NCBI GenBank assembly: GCA_965287045.1
Contig: OZ336870.1
Location: forward strand, 80,228,001-80,292,000
Origin: Carcharhinus amblyrhynchos
Taxonomy: Eukaryota
Length of the DNA: 64,000 bases
Direction of reading: 5' to 3'
Shown: positions 48,613 through 60,935 of the stretch, piece by piece
Numbering within the stretch: the stretch's first letter is position 1
Layout: every line of letters starts with the position of its first letter
The notes under the pieces: model-generated
The model's database searches: none
The model's input: the letters and a program-made list of their open reading frames with translations, nothing else
Told to the model about the DNA's origin: nothing
Translations under genes and position numbers: made by a program

Positions 48613-49288
48613 CATATAAGAACATAAGAACATAAGAAATAGGAGCAGGAGTAGGCCATCTCGCCCTTCGAGCCTGCCCCGCCATTCAATAAGATCATGG
48701 CTGATCTGTCGTGGCTCAGTTCCACATTCCCGCCCTCTCCCCATAACCCTTAATCCCCTCGCTTATCAAAAACCCATCAACCCGCGTCTTAAAAATATTT
48801 AGCGAGGCAGCCTCCACCACTTCAACGGGCAGAGAATTCCAGAGATTCACCACCCTTTGAGTGAAGAAGTTCCTCCTCAACTCCATTCTAAACCGCCCCC
48901 CCTTTATCTTGAGGCTGTGCCCTCTAGTCCTACTGTCCTTTCTGGGCGGGAAGAGTCTCTCCACCTCTATCCTATCCATCCCATTCATCATCTTATACGT
49001 CTCAATGAGATCTCCCCTCATTCTTCTAAACTCTAACGAGTACAAGCCTAGTTTATTCAGCCTCTCCTCATAGCTCAACCCCATCAACTCCGGCATCAGC
49101 CTGGTAAACCTCCTCTGCACTCCCTCCAAGGCCAAAATATCCTTGTGTAAGTACGGCGCCCAAAACTGCACACGGTACTCCAGCTGCGGTCTCACCAATG
49201 CCCTATATAGCCGCAGCAAGACCTCCCTACTTTTATATTCAATCCCCCTCGCTATGAAGAATATAAAAGTAGGGAAGTCTTGCTGCAG
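48613..49288 (-). mobile_element. Young 5'-truncated CR1 LINE (copy C) with a 30-bp fold-back at its 5' junction
   Basis: Near-identical to copies A and B; 49259-49288 is an inverted copy of 49211-49240. Confidence 0.95.
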
Positions 49289-49347
49289 TACATACATATG
49301 TATATGTATATACATATTATATATATGTGTGTGTGTGTATATATATA
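49289..49347. repeat. (TA)/(TG) microsatellite
   Basis: Visible dinucleotide repeats. Confidence 0.9.
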
Positions 49348-50027
49348 CTTCCACTTAAGCTTTTGTTGGCCCACAAGGAAAGGATAACAAGACTTTAAAT
49401 GCTTTGCTGAACAGAATTGAAAGTAATAACTGCATTTTGTGAGATGTTGGTCTGCTGCTGCCTGTTCTACTCAACCTGAAGCACTGCCGACTGTGCATGT
49501 TTAGGCAGCTTTACACTAACCCTGGTAGAATCATCTGAGTGAAATAAACTTATCCTATGTTCTGTCAATATTACTGTCAGTTCTGACCCTCAGCAATGGA
49601 GCTGACCAGATCAGAGGCTGTTGATAAAAGTTGTAGTTACGTTGTGATCATTCTGGAGATATTTATCATGAGTCATGTTTTGAATGTGACTGATTCTTTG
49701 TATAGGACTTAATTTTATAATTGTCATTTCCCAAGTATTGATAAGCATTTTTGCAGTTTTTGTAATCCCAAAATTTATAGTTTCCTTGATGTTACTTTGT
49801 CAACATAAGGTTAAAAATTGTTGAAATATAATTTTATTTTCTTCTATTGATCCTACGCAGTAACTTGTTTAGCACTGTGTACTGAGCACTAATTTTGCCT
49901 CTCTAATCTCAATGCTTTTCATTTGATATTAAATCTGATTTAACAATATTAGGGAAAATAAAAATAGAGAATACTGGAAATACTCAGTCGGTCAGTAGCA
50001 CCTGTAGAGAGAGAAATAGAGTTAGCA

Positions 50028-51076
50028 GGTTAGGTTTTCACTGCCAAGGCAGGTAGCTCAAATTGAGAAATTTCTGGGCTCAGCAGACTCACCTCAGTTT
50101 AAAGTGCCTGGTAATGTGCAGTTTCATCTCTGGGGGTGTTTGGAGGGGAGTGGGTTTGTGAGAAAATGGTCAGGCAACCTGAGAGGTGGGATGAGTCTGG
50201 TTAGAAGGCCACATCATTTCTCTGGGATGTTGTCCCAGCTGTTTTAAATGTAGTTAGGCTCTTTAGCCCTCACCTTTCACATCCCCTCACCCATTCCCCA
50301 CCTACTCTTCATGGCCGCTCATAGTCTCCATATCAACTCACTCAATGTCCACCACAGGGAGGCCTCGGAATTCATGTGGCGATTAAGTAACTTCCAAAAA
50401 TCTGTGAGAGCTCTCACTCTATAAATGTGAAAGTGAGAAAATCCCCTATTCATAAAGCCCAATCAAATCTTATAAATCTAAAGTAGCTAATTTCTTATAA
50501 AAACAAACTCCTATTCTTACCCTACATCAAAAATAGCTAATCCTTTAACACTCTTCAAACTCTCAATCAAACTGCAAACTCAGAACCATCTGCTGAGATA
50601 ATTGTAGATTTTCAAAGTCAGCCAAGTTGACATAACAATCGTTTTTACAGAATTGTCAACAAATACTACCTGAACAGATGCTACACCAGCTGGCCTGTCA
50701 ATCAGAGCAATCCAGCAAATGTTTTGTTAGCCATCACTAATAGCTTCAGCCAGTTTTTTCCAACAGCTTAAAGAGTGGGAGTTTTTTAAAGTTAAGATTA
50801 TGTCAGTTAAACTGCTCTTATCTGCCCTTTAAAAGCACTTATACCAACTCAGTGAAATCACATCTCTGACAAAAGTTAAGGCTCTTGTAACCAGGTCTAT
50901 TTGAACTCAGCAGTGAGCTCAAATAGCCCTGCTTAGTTTGGGTTTCTCACATGTATGAAGCACCCCCTACCCCTCTTTCACCTACTGGCAAAAATGGGAT
51001 CTGTCGGAAATGTGGGTGGGACATCGGCATCTGGGTCCCAGTTTTAAAGGTCTGCAGAATCAGAAAGTTCTACCCA
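50028..51076. mobile_element. Non-autonomous DNA transposon (about 1.05 kb, Harbinger-like) splitting a MER6-like element
   Basis: The MER6-like halves ...gagagaaatagagttag | atatttcaggtcaaggacc... join across it; imperfect termini ggttaggttttc / gaaagttctaccc. Confidence 0.5.
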
Positions 51077-51959
51077 ATATTTCAGGTCAAGGACCTTTCT
51101 TCAGAATTTTGCAGTAAATGACATTTGATTAGATGGTGCTGGAAGTGTTAGAAATGCTTTCTTCATAGCCCAACATTGCTGTGGTATTAATACAGCATCA
51201 GAAAAAGAAGTGGCAACAAGAGAAAGATTTCAGTGTCTGAACCTTGCAGTATATAGATATTCTACCGCGATAGAATAGGCTTGTTTATAGATTCGTTACT
51301 CAATTGGGCAACTTGGCTGCTCATTTTTTTCAAATCTACCAGTTCACACAATAGTAGGAGGAATTTGTTCTCCAGAAATTCCTTTACTTTTGTTATCAAG
51401 ACATTCTGTTCATTCATTGGACTCACTCTGAGAAAATTTCCAACTGTGGGTAACACCTGCTTTGGCAATCATATGCTCTGTGTAATATACACACACAGTT
51501 GGTGATGGCTTACCACTGAATTGACTTATGTTAACTCGGGATTGCTCATTGTGATTTGTCACTCACTATCTCTCACTCCTGAATTTCACATTTAAGAACC
51601 AAAGTGCTGACAAAAGGAGTGCAGAAATCATTTCTCAACATAATATTTCATTTTCCAATGTTATCCTTCAACAGATGAAGTCTAATACTCAGAGGGTCAT
51701 GTAGATCATCTAATCAATTAATGAATTTTCAAGAATATGCTTGCTGGAAATTTTCCCTATTTTCCAACAGCAATAATAATTTCAGGAATTAAATTTCTGG
51801 GATACGGCGGGAAAGAAACCTAAAACCTGTGAAAATCTCCATTCCAATAGATTGGCAAATAGCAGCAGTGATGAATGCTGCTAATCACTGCTGATAATAA
51901 AATCTGCCAAGCATTAATCAGAAATTCTTCCCATCTCCACCTGAATACAATTGTGACAT

Positions 51960-52108
51960 GGTGATGCCGGCGTTGGACTTGGGTGGGCACAGCAAAAAGT
52001 CTCACAACACCAGGTTAAAGTGAGTGGATGAAGGAGCAGCGCTCCGGAAGTTTGTAATTCCAAACAAACCTGTTGTATTTTAACCTGGTGTTGTGAGACT
52101 TCTTACTG
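51960..52108. mobile_element. Penelope-derived hairpin element with flanking direct repeat
   Basis: Perfect 23-bp inverted repeat (51997-52019 / 52079-52101); ctgaatacaattg repeated at 51941-51953 and 52106-52118. Confidence 0.7.
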
Positions 52109-53082
52109 AATACAATTGGTCTAATAAAAGGTTGCTAAAGTTCCTCTAAAGTTGCTCAAGTCAGTTATTTATTTTAACTAGTATTTTGAAGGTACATTGC
52201 AATGCAGCCTGTTCATGTAGTGACTTGCAGGGGCACACAAGTGTATTTGGGATAGTCAGAGATAGGATTGATCTTCAGAGCTAATATACGAATAGGCAAT
52301 AATGAACTTACAACCTACTCTACAGCAAAGGAAAAAAAGATAAAACAGTGTGTAAAATGTCTATATACTGACAAAGACCAATTTCACCCTCAAAATATCC
52401 TAAGCATCGTGAAATTGAATTGGGGAACATGTCCATAAACAAATTATTGTATTGTTTGGTGTATAAGGAGTGGTGGGAGATGGGTGGGGGGGGCGGTGGT
52501 GGTGGAAAAGGAATCAGAGGCTTTTTAATTTATTTTATACGCCATCAACTGACAGCCATCTTGATACCGAGTAAGAAGATTCTAACATAAACACATAAAC
52601 TGTTAAAAGGGTGCTGTATTGCTGAAAGTGCAATCCCTCAGATGAGCTGGCTGCCTGACACTCCTTCCTCCATTATTCTAATGAAATCTAAAAGGAAAAT
52701 ATAATTTCACTGGAATGTATCAATGTGATAATTGCTAATATTACAATGAGTGGTGCCAAAGCAATTGGACAGCCAGTAAGTACAGAGACATTGAGAAGCA
52801 GGGAATGCCACAGAGGGATAACCTTTAGCTCCAGTCAAAATCTGTTCAGCCAAACAGCCTCAGAAGGTTTAACAGCTCTAGTGGTTTGGGTAAGTTTTAT
52901 TTTTGCAGAAGTTGAACTGCTTACCACAATATTTGTAAAAGATCTTCTGTGGGTTAAAATAAACTCATTCATTCTCTGCACATGTCATGAATTCTTTCTG
53001 GGATTATATAACAAAGCAAATGTTCAAAGTCTGTTGTGTGAGAGAAAGGCAATATAGTATCATGAAGCCACACATGTGCATG

Positions 53083-53118
53083 CACACACACACACACACA
53101 CACACACATGCACACACA
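53083..53118. repeat. (CA)n microsatellite
   Basis: Visible dinucleotide repeat. Confidence 0.95.
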
Positions 53119-53489
53119 AATCAATCCTTTAAAAATAGCCACTTATGGCTCCTCAAGATGATCATTCTAATTCAGTCAACACTTCCACTTGGTGTTGACA
53201 CAGTCCTGCAACTTACAATGTATAACGGACTCTTAAATTTCTGTTGATATTTGTTGGGTTGTGATGATAAGTGAACATGTTTGAGATCTGACTGTAAAAA
53301 CTTTCCTACTTAAAGGGCAAGGGGAAAAAAGAACTTGTATTTGTGTAGCAACTTTCAAGACCTTAAGATATCTGGAAACACTTTATAGCCATCGTTGTAA
53401 TTCGAGACATAGGAGGAAAATGGAATTGCATGAAAATCAGGGAAGTTATTTCATGAATGGGTGAGCCGATATTGTATCTTTTACGTTAC

Positions 53490-53785
53490 AAAGACCAAAA
53501 AAAAGTACAGCACAGATCCAGGCCCTTTGGCCCTCCAAGCCTAAGTCAATCATGATGCCAGAATAAGTTAAAACCATGTGCACTTACAGAGTCCGTATCC
53601 TTCCATTCCCATCCTATTCATGTATTTGTCTAGTTGCCCCTTAAATGCCGCTATTGTACTTGCTCCCACCACCTCCCCAAGAAGTGCGTTGCAAACATTC
53701 ACCACCTTCTGTGTAAAAAAACTTGCCTCACACATCTCCTCTAAACTCTTCCCCACGCACCTTAAACCTATGTTCCCTAATTGTT
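53490..53785 (-). mobile_element. CR1 3' fragment
   Basis: FFTQKVVNVCNAL...FKGQLDKYM. Confidence 0.85.
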
Positions 53786-54774
53786 GCAGTTTAAATTATA
53801 AAATGTCACTTAGATATATCCCATATGATCACAATAGTTGTCAATTATTACTGTTGCCATTTCTGTCATTTTAACAATGGTCACATTGCAAACACTTCAG
53901 TATAAATTCTCCTCACCAATGGAAGGAACATTGGGTGGACTCCACAATGATGATTTGTTCTGCCTGTCTGCATATGAGGTGAATGTTTACTTCCTCATTA
54001 AGAGAATGTTCAAAAGAAATGATCTGCCTTCTGCACATAAGAACCAACTAATCGAAGTTATTTTAAAAATGTTTTCCTGGATTAACCGTCATCTCAAACA
54101 TTGATTTAGTATTACAAATGTTAACTTTCATGTAATCATACTGCCATCAAATGGCTGAATTCAATAGTGCAGCTTGACCAGATTAAGGCAAAAACCTTTC
54201 TATGTCCAACCTGCGACCTGAAATTTGCTGAAACTTTGTGCTGAAGCAAAGACATAAATACGGCACAATTTTTACCTTTAAAGGTTGAGAAATTTCCAGC
54301 ATAGATGACTTAGACACAATTTTAGATGCAAGTGTTTTTGATTCCAGGCAACCTCCTCTGAAACCATCCTGCAGTTCATTAACTTAACTCCAGCTGCCTT
54401 GCAGAAGTCCATCTCACACAAATTTCCTGAATTTACGGAAGATTTGTAAAATTATGCTAATATGTTAGGAACAACAGGTCCTAAACTCGTATTTGTGGTG
54501 TTTTTTTTCTGGAAATGTTAGAAGCATTTCTGATTATTTCTCTTCGCTGAGATCTAACTTTTATTTTCAGCATCTTTGAGGGAGTCTTAACAATAATTTT
54601 CATTAAAAATTGAAAAACTTCCAACATTCCACTTGCTATACATGCTGTGCCTAATGCATTGAAATAATGATTTCAAATTTGAATCTTCATGCATGAAAAG
54701 GGACTTGAGGAAAAATGGTGCAAGTGTGTAAATTTGTTTAGCCCCAATTGTTTACACTGATTTCCACTTTCTTT

Positions 54775-55690
54775 ACAGAATCACAGAATCGTTACAGCAC
54801 AGAAGGAGGCCATTCAGCCCATTGTGTCCGCACTGGCTCTCCAAATGAGCATTATGACTTAGTGTCATTCTCCTCACCTGCTTGGACATTGTTTCTGTTC
54901 AAATAATCATCTAATGTGCTCTTGAATCCCTCGACTGAACATGCCTCCACCACACTTCCAGGCAGTGTATTGAAGACTCAAACGACTCGCTGTGCGAACA
55001 AGCTGTTTCTCATATCATATTTGCTTCCTTTGCAAATCATTTTAAATCTGTGCCCTCTTGTCTATCCTTTTATGAGCGTGAACATTTTTTCTCTATCTAC
55101 TCTGTCCAGCCTTCATGATTTTGAATTGAATAAATCAATTCTCCTCTTAGCCTTCTTCTGTCCAAGGAGAACAATTCCAATATCTCTAATAACTGAAGTT
55201 TCTCATCCCTGGAACCATTTCTGTAAACCTTTTCTGCACTCTCTCCCATGTGTCAACATCCTTCCTATGGTGTGGTATCCTGAAATATACACAGTTATCA
55301 AGCTGAGCATGTTCTTTCTACCAAAATGCATTATCTCACACTTCTCCACATTGAACTTCATCTGACACCTATTTGCTCATTCCACCAACTTGTCTACATC
55401 CTTTTGAAGTTCTACACTGTCGTCCTTATATTTTACAATGCTCCCAAGTTTTTTGTCATCTGCAAACTTTGAAACTGTGCCCCGCACAACAAGTTCTAGA
55501 TCATTAATAAATATCAGGAAAAACAAGAGTACCAATCTCTGGGGAATGCCACTTCAAACTTTGCCCCAGGATGAAAAATACCCATTGACATTTCTCTGCT
55601 TCCGATTACTCAGCTAAATTTGTATCCATGTTGTACATCATCCCTTTTACTCCACAAGCTATAACTTTTCTCACAAGTCTGTTGTGTGGA
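54775..55690 (-). mobile_element. CR1 fragment with internal deletions
   Basis: acagaatcacagaatc tail; FADD remnant (gtcatctgcaaactt) and QMKFNVEKCE. Confidence 0.8.
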
Positions 55691-56047
55691 TTACCCTAGT
55701 TTTCAACTTCCAGTGTACACTTGTGAAAGTCTCAGGAAACTCTAGTGAGAAAATACAGGAGGAGTGGTGAAAACTTCAATTGCTGGGTAAGTAATTTCAA
55801 GAAATATTGGACCATTAATCCTTCACCTGGGCCAATTTTCTCCACTTTATCACTGTTCTCTCTTGAGAACTCAGTGGTGTTCTAATAGATGCATATACTT
55901 ATGCGTGTCATTAATAGGAGTTTAACAATGTCTAACAACATCTAAGGGAAACCCTGCCTACTGCTTCAGGAAATCGCAGTGCTATAACTAAGCACACAAT
56001 GCTGCCACCCAGCTAAGAACTAATACTACTCACTCACAAACTTTGGT

Positions 56048-56292
56048 TGGCATTGCTGCCTGGGTTTAATTCCCGGCTTGGGCCACATTCTCCCCGTGTC
56101 TGGTTGGGTTTCCTCCGGGTGCTCCCACAGTCTGAAAGATGTGTTGGTTAGGTGCATTGGCCATGCTAAATTCTCCCTCAGTGTACCCAAACAGGCACCT
56201 GAGTGTGGCAACTCAAGGATTTTCACAGTGGCTTCACTGCATTGTTATGTAAGCCTACTTGTGACACTAATAAAAACGCTTAAAGCTTAAAC
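56048..56292 (+). mobile_element. HE1-head SINE with the alternative 3' tail
   Basis: HE1 core followed by ggattttcacagtggcttcactgc...gtaagcctacttgtgacactaataaa. Confidence 0.8.
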
Positions 56293-57704
56293 TTACATGT
56301 TGTGTCTCAATATTGCTTAAGGTTATACCTTCTCAGTTGAAGTCTGTGGCTCCACATTTTGACCAGCAATGACATCAGGTAATGTACATGAAGATTGGAT
56401 TGTGATAACCACTACATGGAAACATCCTGCCACTCAACCTGCAGGTTCACATGTAGACATTGAAGGGTTGGGGTAGGTATCAAAGGGCTGTTGTGCCCTA
56501 GCAAGAATCCAAACCTATAGGGGAGTGCAAAAGGTAAGAAAAATAATATAATAATACTTTGGAGCCAACAAATTGACCTTCTACAGTCAAGCACAATATT
56601 TGGAGTGAATGTAAAATTTTTTTTAATTGAAGTGATTTGTGTCAAGGTGTATAGAAACTTCACTGAAAATATTTGTCAGACCTTTTCCATGAGTGATAGG
56701 GTTACTTTTAGGAACATATTGTATCGTTTTGTGAATTTTCAGCTCCCCAGTGACCTAAGGAGACTGTGCACTTTTGGCCTCTAGTCTTCATCTTTAACAG
56801 GTCAGAATCACACAACTAAAAGCCTGAAATGTGTTTAATATTCTGGTCACAAAACCTGAGAAGAGGATTCCATATCATATTTCATGGCAATTACCATCAT
56901 TCCTAGGATTCCTCCCTGAGGAAATGCCTCTGTTGGCTTGCAATTCCCCTGTGGACAGACTTTATATCCTAAGCATCGTATGTCCATGAGCACTTTTGTT
57001 CTACACTGGTTGATACAGTGGTGAAGCTATTCACAACAGGAAAAATCAAACTTCAGCCCTGATCTTCCAGCGGGACTGTTGCTCACAGGAGAAACTCTTC
57101 TTTGTTAGTTATTTAATTTTGCATTCATTTAAAACAAATCAAACCCTGGTCTTCTCCGAGGCAAATAAAATCAGAGCGACAACAAAGAGAGCTTAAAGAA
57201 AATAAAGATATAGAGTTGGAGGCAAATTCTGTTCACAGGCAAACTCACTGAATAACAGTGCTTGTTCCACAGGTGCAACCCAGGTGCCTGGTCCCTGGAC
57301 ACGACAGGAAATGCTAATTATGGTTTTATTTTTAGCTACATCAGATGATGGCATTATTAGACAAATGGCTCAAAAAATGATGTGGCACTCCATTTTATTA
57401 TTATTCAAAACAGACCATTGCAACAGTGTTGGAGAATTGCATTATAAAATTAAACATTGGAATGATTAAATACTTTGCAAAACAGAAGAACCTTTTCAGA
57501 GCAACTGAAACCATGCTTACATGAGTAAGTTGAACTTGTCTAAATCCACAAGAGATAGCCCTCATACGTTAAAGCAAATTCCAAGAAATGCTTTGCTTTA
57601 AGATTTGGCTAATAGATCCCCAGTTTCCTTTTATCACATCTGCTGCAGTATTAAGACCAGAATGTGGTCTAGCAGTGCTGGTAATAAAATATTACTTTTC
57701 AGGC

Positions 57705-58135
57705 TTACGAACATACAAACATAGAGCAGGAGTAGGCCTCTCGGCCCCCCCCCGAGCTTGCTCTGCCACTCAGTAAGATTGTGACTGATCTGCTTGTAAC
57801 TTCAACCCCACCTTCCTGCCTACCTCCAATAACCTATCACCCCTTCGTTAAACAAAAATCTACCCAGGTCTGTCTGGAAAATATTCAAAGACTTGTGCTG
57901 GAATGTTTACACCTCACCCGCCTGATTCTGGGGCAGGCAAGGCAGTAAAATTCCGGCCTCTGTTTCCAATGCCTTTTGAGCCACAGAGTTCCATAGCGTC
58001 ACAACCAATTTTTTGCCCCCTTATTTCTGTCTTAAATAAGCGACCCTGTATTTTTAAACAGTGACCCCTGCTTCTAGGTTATCCCACAAGAGGAAACATT
58101 ATTTCTACATCCACTCTGTCAATATCCCTTAGGCC
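57705..58135 (-). mobile_element. CR1 3' fragment with a small MITE at about 57895-57958
   Basis: acgaacatacaaacatagagcaggagtaggcc tail; insert gctggaatgtttac...gtaaaattccggcc. Confidence 0.7.
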
Positions 58136-58624
58136 CTGAAAGGCTTGTGCAGAGCAGCCAGAAATCAAGATAAATTGATAATGAATGAAGCCGTTCCTGG
58201 ATCAGATCACATTCTCCCACTTCTCTTTCTGCATTTTTATGTGGAAAATGAACACATGTGCAATTAACATAGTCAGAACCACATCTTATTCTATCGTCCC
58301 TCTTGTGAAAGTGTCTGCTGCCATCAGCACCTGGTTAGTACCAGAATGTGCCACTTCAATCACACACAAAGTTGTATTTCTCTCTGCAAACTTTGCCAAC
58401 CTCTCCTGAAAATGCTGGTTCATATTGTATTTTGGGTTTCATGAAGGTTGAGCACTTTCTCGCACCTCAGCGTGGGTTTTCTGCATATCGCACAAATCTC
58501 TTGTTGGCCAAGACTGAAGCAGGGTATAGAGTCGCTATTTCTGCCCTGCAGAAGACCAGCTAATGGACCAGTGGCCAACTCTGCTTGACCTACATTCCTC
58601 AGTGTTTCCTTGTTCACTATGTTT

Positions 58625-58961
58625 AAGGTTGCCAACCCTCCAGGATTGGCCAGGACAGTGATTGCTGTTTGCAATTTTGGAGAAAAATCTTAGAAAGAAT
58701 TGTTATGGTCATTTTCTTTGAACATTTTTCTTTAATATATGAACATATTAAAAATGGGAAAAGAGGCTGATTGGTTGAAGCTCAAGTTTCATCCTATTGG
58801 ATAATGAGTCTTCTTAGCTTTCTGATTGGCTTAGGAAGATGACGCTTCACAAGGATGGATGTGTTGGCAATCAGATGGCTGGAGCATGAGGCCAAGTCAT
58901 GCCCGAGTCAGGGAATTTCATAAAACCTCCAAGAATAAATTTAATCACAGCTGGCAACCCT
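58625..58961. mobile_element. MITE with (A)GGGTTGCCA-type TIRs
   Basis: aaggttgccaac ... gctggcaaccct termini. Confidence 0.65.
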
Positions 58962-59127
58962 AACTACATTAGTTAACTGCGCCGAACTTTGATACAATTT
59001 ATAAATTAATGTTTTTCAGTAGAATGTACCACAGATGCTGCTGTAGGTACTTGCTGAAAGAGACCAGCACCACAAGTAACTGTCATCCATTCACTGTCAT
59101 CCATTTTACACTGTCTCAAGATCCAGT

Positions 59128-59500
59128 GGGCCCGATTTTACCATCATGTGGCGCCCATTTTCGGGCACGAAAACTTGGTAAAGTCGAGCATGAGGTGAGT
59201 AGCATGATCTGCACCTCTGCACTGGTTCCCCCTTTACTAAGGCTCGAAAATGGCCACAATTGAGACCCCACCTGAAAGGGGCATGATGGCCATTTTAAAG
59301 CATTTGCATGTATTTAAATTGACTTAATGGGCTGCACACCCAACTCTACCGGCACTTCCCCTTTGCCATCGTATTCGCCCATCCAGAATCAGCATGAAAC
59401 AAACATGCTCCATAAAAGTCCGATTTGGGTGCTCCAGTTAGTGAGGAGGTAAGTGCTAAGTGTCCAAAGGCTCTCTGCTTGAGATCGGTGTGGGGGAAGG
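59128..59500. mobile_element. Harbinger-like non-autonomous element, one end
   Basis: Starts gggcccgattttacc with an internal inverted repeat (ggtaaagtcg). Confidence 0.45.
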
Positions 59501-60192
59501 GACTAGCTCTGTCCATTCATCTATCCCCAGTTGTCAAACAGCAAGCTAATGAAATGTTCCACAGGAAATTGTCCCCCAAGAGTTCAAATCCTCCAATCCT
59601 AACAGACTTGAAGTTCCACCCACCAAGCAGATCCCAAATCTGTAAAGCCTTACTCTAGCCATCAAGACATTTCAATATTCTCCAAGAGCAACATGGAAGC
59701 AGAGTTTGTATTGACTAAAGTGTTCTAATCTCCTGATCCCTGTGAACTACTACTATTGTAACAACTAATAACTCGCTACCTTTCTGTGTGCAAGTATCTC
59801 ACTGGAGATTACTGTGAAAAAGGTTATTGTACAAATGCTGATAGTTCAGATCAAATTTCCCATCTCCATTATTTCAGCAGCTGACCAGCTTATGCCTTTG
59901 CAAGATTCTTATCTCCCATTGATTACCACATTCTGATATCCCTAACTTTCCTTCAACTCTACAAGCAAATTACCTCAGCGATTGACTTCTGCAATTCTCC
60001 CCTCACTGTTTTCGTTACCTATAAATTTCAGCTCATACAGGCCTCCATGGTTCACTCTTCTCCCATTAGTATTGTCTTTGTCAACTTTTAAGCACTCCAT
60101 GTCCTCAACTTCACATTCATCCGTCTCTCACAGAGCCATTTTCTCTTGCTGCTCAACAAACCGGAATGTTTGCTTCAGTCATTCTGCCATAA

Positions 60193-60867
60193 TGGCCAAA
60201 ATTTTCCTGGCTATTCCTGGGGAATAGTTCCCTGACACCATGTTTCCTCCTGATGATTTCACTGGGTAGGCTGCTGGCATTCCAGGAGACAGACAGCCAT
60301 TTGAGGCCCCATATAGGAGCCATTTTCAGGTACCAATGGTACCTTATCAGCATCAGACCACCACCCCCCCACGCCCCGCTGTTGAATCCAGAGGCCAGGA
60401 GCAACTCGGAGGCAGCCTCCCAACAGCAGGCCAGAGGGGCCATTGGTGTCTCCTCCCACTGGCCCAACGAATGAGCTGCATCTATGAAAAGGCAGCAGGC
60501 GTGCAAAATCAAACCTGTGGAGGAGTTTTGCCTTCACGCTGATGACTCTAACAACTGTGGGCCACCTTCATTTTTAAATACACAGCAGGCTTCAGAGATC
60601 ATTTAGAAGAGCCCTGACCCTCACCTTTCTGTAAGAGCAACGCCCATGCCTCTTAGAGAGCCTGCCAGTCTCCCTGTGCTGTGGGCCATCTCATTGGCAT
60701 CTGCCCATATCAAGGTCGGCCCACCATCCCTAAATAAATGTCAAACATGGAGACAGAGAACTAGGCACCCACCTCATATCAAGTTGCACAGGCAAGAGTG
60801 GACTCAGAATCCACTTACGGTCCTGATCTCTGCAGTTTCCCAACATCCATGTAAAAATTCAATCCTA
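60193..60867. mobile_element. Harbinger-like non-autonomous element
   Basis: GC-richer block bounded by ggccaaaattttc ... gtaaaaattcaatcc. Confidence 0.35.
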
Positions 60868-60935
60868 AGTTTCTATCCTCTGGATGGCCATTGGCCAAAA
60901 TTTCCACATTCCAATGCAAAAATCCTGAATCTTTA

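Noticed and set aside
51262-51468. 68-aa ORF as a host exon
   Set aside because: Splice signals are weak and no domain is recognisable.
52725-53057. 110-aa ORF
   Set aside because: It has a non-ATG start, no recognisable motif and no coding-like composition.
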